Source: a virus
Strand: one strand, 5' to 3'
Virus record (IMG/VR): IMGVR_UViG_3300042970_000016
DNA: 64,000 nucleotides
The translations under genes were made by a program, and so were the position numbers. The first letter of the stretch is position 1. Each line of letters begins with the position of its first letter. Below, piece by piece: positions 57,951 to 64,000 of the stretch. The notes under the pieces were generated by a model that had not been told where the DNA came from, ran no database searches, and saw only the letters and a list, made by a program, of their open reading frames with translations.

Positions 57951-60431
57951 TTATGAGGTGTCGGTCTGTTTCGGCAATGCCTCCCAGAGCCTTAAATCCT
58001 CCTGCCCGAGCGACCAGATCGCGATGCCGCGAAGTCCCCAGTGGTACGCCGCCTGATTCGCCCAGTAGACGAGCGAATCCACGTCCTGATAGTAGAGAAT
58101 GGAAAATCCGTCCGCGTCTCCGAGGAAAAGCCGCGAGATCCAGATGTCGATGTCCTTCGGCGTGATCGTCACCGTGTAGTCCTTCCCGCATTCGAGGTCG
58201 AGCTGTGCTGAGTGGTAGAATTCGTAGTCCATTGAGATGGATTCGCTTCTTGTAGTGGATTCCTCAACATCCGAGGTGAGCGTGAACACCTGGAATTCGT
58301 CGTCCCATGTGCAGTTGCTCCGGCTGATGCGTCCGTACTGGGTGACGCTGCCGTCTGGGAAGGTCACGTCGAAGCGTTCGTATGGCTCGTACGTCCACGC
58401 GTCGCCCATGCGGAGCAGTTCGCAGATCGTCCTCTGGTCAGACTGGTATCCGGCGGTTCCTCCTGAGAATCCGCTGACCGTTGCGGTGAACCGCAGCGTA
58501 TTTGACGCGCCGGAATAGACGCGCACGGTGCTGCCTCTGATCCGCATCTCGATGGTGTAGGTTGTCGGATCAGTTCGCAGGTCTGACGATGGTGTTTGCT
58601 GGATCGACTGCGAGTAGCTGCCGAGCTTGGTGCTTCCGTTCCACAGCTCTACGGCCTGACTGTTGTAGTTCAGGCAGCAGAAAAGACTGCCGCAGAAGAT
58701 ACCAGCCTTGCCAGTGCTTCCTGCCGGGAACGCCAATCTCGCCCGCAGGTGGATGTCCTTAAATCCGTCATAGTTCCACGCAAACTGTCCGCTGCCGTCA
58801 AGCTGGGAATAGACGCGGCTCTCGGAATATTCATCCGATCGCCAGACCTTCCATGAACCGCTGATAATATTCCAATAAGCGGTGTCGAGAATACCGTAGT
58901 CCTCGAAATCCTCATACCAGATGAGTGCCGAGTCCGGTTTCCTTCGGAGGACCTCAGTCGTCAGCTTGAAGCCCTTGTCCGGCTGACATTCGTTGCCGTC
59001 CACATCGATGAAATGCCGTGGAGACAGCGTAAATGACGCGCTTCCTGCGGTCGGCTTCTCCGAAAAATCAGAGCAGACACGAAAGCCGTAGAACTGCACG
59101 CCCTTGACGTCAACCGACACCGTGATGGTATGCGTTCCGCCTGACAGACTGATGCTGTCCGCGAGTGAAGCCCAGAAGGTGCTTCTCCAGTATGGCCACC
59201 AGAGCCGCGACTCGGTGAAATGCTTCTGGCTGCCATCAATCGACACGTATATCCCGTTCTTGTCCCAGAAGGGATAGCAGAGCCGGACGACGATGTCATA
59301 CGTTCCGGCGCTTGAAACGGAGAAGGTGTATGTCGCTTCTCCCGCGTCGCCCATGACGGCGATGCCGTTCTCTGATGAGACTATGCCGGTATAGCTGTCC
59401 GGCGTTCCGTCATGATCCACGTAGATGGTTCCGAACGAGGTCTTCTGCGTTTTGCTGTAGGCGGTGAGGTACCTGCGCCGGTTGTAGGTTCCGGTCATCA
59501 GCGGGTAATCATAGCTCGAAGCATCCTGACCTTCCGCAAAATCGTAGACCTGAGGGAAGGCGTACGGTACCTTGTTGTAGTCGTCCCAGTACGCGAGAAT
59601 CGGAATGAACGGCTGCGGCGGCTTGTCGTCCGTGAAGTTGTACTTGCCGGTCATCCAGTTCTTCGCCGCATAGTAGGTGTTGGAGACGCCCCGGTAGGTT
59701 TCGCCGAGGTTCTCCGGCGTGTCGTAGATCTGCCAGTTCCATCCGTAGGCGGGAAGCCCCATGAACACTTTGGCCGGTGTTATGACGCGGGAGGCGTAGT
59801 CGTAGATTCCGTCCAGCCAGTCCTTCGGGGACACGGGTCCGGGAGCGGAGCCTGCCCACGCCATGCCGTAGCTCATGATGGCCGCTGTATCACAGTACGC
59901 GTTCAGGTCTGCGTATACGCACCAGTTCTCGCCGCCGACCGAGCCATTGATGGAATCCATGCCGGGCAGGCAGATGTTGACCTTCTTCGTGCCGTCGTAG
60001 GCTTTGACCGTGTTCCAGATGTTGCGGAACATCGCCGTCGATTTGGCGTGCGTGGAGTAATCGCCGCCGCGCTCGAGGTCGATGTCGACTCCCGCGCACC
60101 ACGGATACTTCTCCATGATCCGCACGAGCTCGGTGAGGAACTTGTCCTGCGCACCGTCGGTGTTCTCGCGAAGGGCTGTGAACACGCTCGAGGTTCCGTC
60201 GTTGCGGACGGTCAGCAGCCACGTGATGCGCGGATACTTGTTGATGTACGTCAGCATGTCGGATATGGCTACACCGCTCTCGGTAATCGTCCCTGTAGCG
60301 TCCACCTTAAAAGAAAAGAGACCTACCTGCGAGAGGCGGTCTCCGTAATTCTTAAGAGCAGTGTACATCCGGGCGTTTCCCATGAACGTCCAGACCATGC
60401 ATTTGCGGCCTTTTAAGATATCCAGACTCAT
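57951..60431 (-). CDS. Glycoside hydrolase family 18 protein with large internal insertion (826 aa)
   Basis: AGVDIDLE (DxDxE), IMSYG, FMGLPAYG, terminal GLRGIAIWSLGQED. Confidence 0.88.
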   Translation of the reverse strand: MSLDILKGRKCMVWTFMGNARMYTALKNYGDRLSQVGLFSFKVDATGTITESGVAISDMLTYINKYPRITWLLTVRNDGTSSVFTALRENTDGAQDKFLTELVRIMEKYPWCAGVDIDLERGGDYSTHAKSTAMFRNIWNTVKAYDGTKKVNICLPGMDSINGSVGGENWCVYADLNAYCDTAAIMSYGMAWAGSAPGPVSPKDWLDGIYDYASRVITPAKVFMGLPAYGWNWQIYDTPENLGETYRGVSNTYYAAKNWMTGKYNFTDDKPPQPFIPILAYWDDYNKVPYAFPQVYDFAEGQDASSYDYPLMTGTYNRRRYLTAYSKTQKTSFGTIYVDHDGTPDSYTGIVSSENGIAVMGDAGEATYTFSVSSAGTYDIVVRLCYPFWDKNGIYVSIDGSQKHFTESRLWWPYWRSTFWASLADSISLSGGTHTITVSVDVKGVQFYGFRVCSDFSEKPTAGSASFTLSPRHFIDVDGNECQPDKGFKLTTEVLRRKPDSALIWYEDFEDYGILDTAYWNIISGSWKVWRSDEYSESRVYSQLDGSGQFAWNYDGFKDIHLRARLAFPAGSTGKAGIFCGSLFCCLNYNSQAVELWNGSTKLGSYSQSIQQTPSSDLRTDPTTYTIEMRIRGSTVRVYSGASNTLRFTATVSGFSGGTAGYQSDQRTICELLRMGDAWTYEPYERFDVTFPDGSVTQYGRISRSNCTWDDEFQVFTLTSDVEESTTRSESISMDYEFYHSAQLDLECGKDYTVTITPKDIDIWISRLFLGDADGFSILYYQDVDSLVYWANQAAYHWGLRGIAIWSLGQEDLRLWEALPKQTDTS

Positions 60432-61015
60432 ATCACATCACCGTCCTCCATCTCCTGAAACTCCACATACAGCCTCGCCGATTTCTTCTCCTCGACTGCA
60501 ACAGGATGCTTGCTATCTCCGGCTGCGGAGTACTGGAAGAACCCGTCCTTCGAGGTTGCCGAGCCATTCTTTAAGCACTGCCGGGTTGATGCGAGAAGGG
60601 ATAATTCATCACCGGCATTTGCAGCATCCGTGAACGTCGCCTTATGCGCTCCTGCACCGAGGGCAAGGGAAACGCTTCCGGATTTCATGTTCTGATTCGG
60701 ATAGATTTTCCAGTCAAGTCCGGTCGAGGTCTTGCCGAGATTAAAAATAATGCAGGTGGCGCTCCCTCTGACGATGCCGTTGTAGAAGCGTTTCCCGGAG
60801 ACCGCGTATTCGTCCCCGGTCGCGTATGTCTTCTGGAGCGTTTCGGTGTTGGGGACGTATCCGGAGAGGCGGTCTCCTTCCTGCAGCATGAGGTCTGTAA
60901 ACCAGACCGTTCCCGTGCAGTCCTTCACCTGCGGTTTCAGGGTTACGCTGACGATGCGTTTCTTTTCCTTTTTCCGGATGGTTTCCGTGAACCTTGTGAA
61001 TACCGGCATGATCAC
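60428..61015 (-). CDS. Tail-associated hypothetical protein
   Basis: Coupled ORF; FTDLMLQEG beta-sandwich-like motif. Confidence 0.65.
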   Translation of the reverse strand: MIMPVFTRFTETIRKKEKKRIVSVTLKPQVKDCTGTVWFTDLMLQEGDRLSGYVPNTETLQKTYATGDEYAVSGKRFYNGIVRGSATCIIFNLGKTSTGLDWKIYPNQNMKSGSVSLALGAGAHKATFTDAANAGDELSLLASTRQCLKNGSATSKDGFFQYSAAGDSKHPVAVEEKKSARLYVEFQEMEDGDVI

Positions 61016-61206
61016 TCACCGTCCTCGGTCCACTTGATCTCACTGACGTGCCCGACCCAGCCGGTCGCGATGGAGCCGCCCTGAAGGAGCATGTCGGTGA
61101 TGTTGATGGTCCCGGTGCAGTCGGTCACGCAGACGCGGACCCGTATCTTGCCGACATGTCCGTTCTGCGGGGAGACCGCCTGCGCCACATGTGAAAACGA
61201 AGCCAT
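61012..61206 (-). CDS. Small tail-associated protein (64 aa)
   Basis: AGGAGG RBS; ITDMLLQGGSIATGW motif. Confidence 0.7.
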   Translation of the reverse strand: MASFSHVAQAVSPQNGHVGKIRVRVCVTDCTGTINITDMLLQGGSIATGWVGHVSEIKWTEDGE

Positions 61207-61219
61207 ATGGGTTCCTCCT

Positions 61220-62593
61220 TTACATCAGGTCGATGAACCGTGTCTCCGTCGTCCCGTCCTCGTATTCGAAGGTGACCTCCACGCCGACCTGCCCATTGTC
61301 GCCCATCGTGAGGTCGTCCGACGCGATCTGGCAGGAGAAGGTGTAGCTGTCCCGGTTTGCCGGGGTCACGGTCTGCGTCAGGCTTTTCGTGGTGACGAGG
61401 GCTCCTTCGCATTTGAAGGATGCGGTTCCGGAGACGCCGTTTTCCGTATCCACCTCGAATCCGGAATTCTCCCAGTAATTTAAGCCGGAATCCGCTCTGG
61501 AATTTTTCAGATGGTTGAACGGTACAAGGTCCTTCATTTCCTGGCTGTCCACGAGGTCAGCGCCGGAGAGCATATCCGCGGCGGCATCCCACTGTGAGGA
61601 GGAGTCGCCGAGCTCCCGGAGGGTGGTCGACAGTTCGAGGACGGTGTTCCACGGTTCGCGGAGGTTGTACTCCCGGCGCACGATCCTTGTCTTGATGGAA
61701 AGGTCCAGCTCGTCGTCCTTCACGGTCACGATGTCGCCGAGCTTCCACGTCTCGTGCCCGTAGCCGGTGAGGACGGAGAGGTCCATCGCGTTCAGGACAT
61801 AGGAGACGCGCGGGCTGGCGTAGTCGGCGAGGCGCATGCTGGCGTACTCCAGCATCTGGTACGGGTTCGTGAAGTTCGAGCAGTCGAGCGTGGATATGCG
61901 GGTCTCGTCCGTGTACGTGGTGTCCTCGACGTACTCCTTGCCGTCGTTGATGGACGCGAAGGTCATGCCGTCCTTGCCGTAGGCGTAGAGCCGTGTGATG
62001 AGGCTCTGCGTGTCGATGACGCGCTTGATGGACTTCATGTTCTTCCTGTAGCAGAAGAGCGCGCCGGAGTCCGTGCCGCTGAAGGCCAGAAGGCTCACGG
62101 TCCTGTTCCTGTTGTCGAAGATGAGGTCGCCTCCGTGGAGGTCCTGCACCTTCCTCAGGATCGCGAGGGCGTTTTTCTCCGTGGATGTCCAGGTGCGTTT
62201 CGTGCGGACGTTGACGGTTCCGAGCGTCCAGCCGGTGTCCTTAAGCGCGTAGGCCATCGGGACGTCCGCTGTGTCCGCGTTGAAGGTCTGCTCCGTTTTC
62301 TTCACGGAGAACCCGAGGTCGTAGAACGCGGCCTCGGCGTACACGGAGGTGATGGCGGTGCCCTGCTCGCTCTTCTCGTCCGTGATCGTGCGGATGCGGT
62401 AGGTGTCGCCGCCGACGGAGACCTGTTTCTCGTTTTCGAGATACTGTCGCTTGACGTCGCGGAACGGGAGGTTGAATTCGAGCGTGTCGATGCCGTTGAT
62501 CTCGCCGGTGACGATGATGTCGTAGGCGTTTTCGAGCACGGCCTCCGTGTTGTCGTCGCTGTCAAGGACGACGAGGTTTGTCTGGTCTGCCAT
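61220..62593 (-). CDS. Tail-associated lysin / tail spike (Tal, prophage endopeptidase family)
   Basis: GEINGIDTLEF, ITRLYAYGKDG, LGDIVTVKDDEL motifs. Confidence 0.85.
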   Translation of the reverse strand: MADQTNLVVLDSDDNTEAVLENAYDIIVTGEINGIDTLEFNLPFRDVKRQYLENEKQVSVGGDTYRIRTITDEKSEQGTAITSVYAEAAFYDLGFSVKKTEQTFNADTADVPMAYALKDTGWTLGTVNVRTKRTWTSTEKNALAILRKVQDLHGGDLIFDNRNRTVSLLAFSGTDSGALFCYRKNMKSIKRVIDTQSLITRLYAYGKDGMTFASINDGKEYVEDTTYTDETRISTLDCSNFTNPYQMLEYASMRLADYASPRVSYVLNAMDLSVLTGYGHETWKLGDIVTVKDDELDLSIKTRIVRREYNLREPWNTVLELSTTLRELGDSSSQWDAAADMLSGADLVDSQEMKDLVPFNHLKNSRADSGLNYWENSGFEVDTENGVSGTASFKCEGALVTTKSLTQTVTPANRDSYTFSCQIASDDLTMGDNGQVGVEVTFEYEDGTTETRFIDLM

Positions 62594-62599
62594 TTTGCG

Positions 62600-64000
62600 T
62601 CACCTCCATCTGCTTCGTGCGTTGATGACGAGTTTTCTGAACGCTGATTCCCCAGGCACGGAGAGGCTGATGCTTCTGAGGGTCGGCGTCGTGGATGTGT
62701 CGGTCGTCGTGAGCGTGAGCCGGAAGCGGATGTATTGTCCCGCCGCGGACTTGACGCTTCCGTCATCCCCGGGCGTCGCCCAGTCGCTCCAGGTCGCAAG
62801 GTCGTCCGATGTCGAGGTCTCGACGCCGATCCCGGTCCCGTCCGGCAGGTCCGCGTCCACGGAGGCAAGGCAGGTGCCTTCGATCCCGTAGGCGATGGCC
62901 GCGGTGGTGAGCGTCCCGGACGATGGGTATGCGCCGCTCGTGGCTTTCAGGGTCACGGCGTTTTCCGTCGTGAGCCCGTCCACGCCGGCGTCGGAGTCGG
63001 CGGCGTTCGCGGACAGGGATTCCCTGAACCACAGGGAGATGTCGTCCGCGGTGAGGTCGGAGTCGCAGTCGAGGAACCAGTCGTCGAAGTTTCCCGCGTA
63101 CCAGTAGGAGTCGGCGTGCATGCCCCAGACGAGGTCCGCCGTGCAGGACGCGTTGAGCGTCCCGGTGAAGCCGAGGACGTCGGACTGCCAGACCGCGCCG
63201 GTGCTCCGGCTGCCGAGGATGTACTGTGCGGTCTTGGCAACCGGCTTGATGAGGCAGGCGATGAAATACCAGGCGGCGTTCTCCAGCGTGAAGGACGGCG
63301 TCACGGACTTGTCGAGGATCAGCGTGCCGGTCGAATCGTAGAGCATGATCCTCGGTTTCCCGGACAGGAGCGACAGGTAGAGGATCGGCTGGCCCGGGCC
63401 GTAGCGCGTGTTGAAAAGCGGGCAGAACGTGTTTCCGACCGAGTAGGTGGTCGGCATGAACCATCCGCCGACGGCGATCGTCTCGCCGAACGTCTGGAAG
63501 ATCGTGCCGTCGTTCGTGACCTTGAGGTAGGTCTTCTCGGTCGGCGGGTCGTTGATGTTCATCCGGAAGGATCGTCCGAGATGCCCGGTCGGAAGGCTTG
63601 CGGTCGTTCCGCTCCAGCCGCTGATCACCGCGCTCCGGCTTTTGCCGGAGGAGTCCGCAAGGCTCGTATTCGAGTCCGGTTCGGATTCGTTGAACCGCCA
63701 CAGGCCGTCTGCTCCCCATGAGGATGGCACCTGTCCGGTGAACGCGTCCTGCGTGTTCATCTGCTTCACGACCTTCGTCGTGCTGCTGTCCGCATCGACC
63801 GCGAGCGTGTTCTCCCCGGTCTGTAGCTTCGGGAAGTCCAGGCTGTCGATGAGCGGCAGGCCGTTCCGGAGCGTGTTCCCGTCTGTGTCCGTGACCTTTG
63901 CCGTCATGAGCGAGGAGTCGATCACGAGGATCTCGTCCTTCGCGAGCCTTCCGCTTATTTCGAGCGCCTTGCCGTTTGTGGTGATGATAGCCTTTTTGTC
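62600..64000 (-). CDS. Distal tail (Dit) protein with LamG/ConA-like insertion, partial
   Basis: Frame is open to the window edge (ORF-track start is an internal GTG); LWRFNE and YAGNFDDW LamG motifs; ends INARSRWR. Confidence 0.75.
   Translation of the reverse strand, partial: DKKAIITTNGKALEISGRLAKDEILVIDSSLMTAKVTDTDGNTLRNGLPLIDSLDFPKLQTGENTLAVDADSSTTKVVKQMNTQDAFTGQVPSSWGADGLWRFNESEPDSNTSLADSSGKSRSAVISGWSGTTASLPTGHLGRSFRMNINDPPTEKTYLKVTNDGTIFQTFGETIAVGGWFMPTTYSVGNTFCPLFNTRYGPGQPILYLSLLSGKPRIMLYDSTGTLILDKSVTPSFTLENAAWYFIACLIKPVAKTAQYILGSRSTGAVWQSDVLGFTGTLNASCTADLVWGMHADSYWYAGNFDDWFLDCDSDLTADDISLWFRESLSANAADSDAGVDGLTTENAVTLKATSGAYPSSGTLTTAAIAYGIEGTCLASVDADLPDGTGIGVETSTSDDLATWSDWATPGDDGSVKSAAGQYIRFRLTLTTTDTSTTPTLRSISLSVPGESAFRKLVINARSRWR

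Larger units (their letters stand above)
52389..64000 (-). mobile_element. Prophage B, distal end (tail tip, lysis, recombinases); continues beyond the right edge
   Basis: Dit, Tal, GH18, holin, lysin and serine recombinases in co-directional order. Confidence 0.88.

Overview
The window is entirely mobile DNA, with no housekeeping genes; gene content is typical of gut Bacillota (Firmicutes) siphoprophages. It has three blocks. (1) 1-~25.8 kb: prophage A on the minus strand (sigma-like regulator, replication, HNH/terminase/methylase, head, tail), with morons inserted in the late operon (a LytTR+DUF3021 pair and a PH-domain gene). (2) ~26-52.3 kb: a plus-strand cargo island carrying a Lamassu/ABC-three-component system; a SNF2 helicase-DUF1156-DUF1156*-HEPN/DUF499 operon with two uncharacterised downstream genes; an hsdM remnant; an HNH nuclease; and a GTPase gene split by a 5.5 kb module. 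That module (IS30, MarR-MATE, c-di-GMP-I riboswitch) reads as a circle opened inside its own sigma-like gene. (3) 52.4-64 kb: the distal end of a second prophage B (tail tip, GH18, holin, lysin, two serine recombinases). The most unusual observations are the recombinase-less permuted insert, which makes two in-frame reciprocal fusions, and the methylase paralogue with a DPPY-to-ELPY change. All family assignments come from motif recognition by eye; no searches were run.
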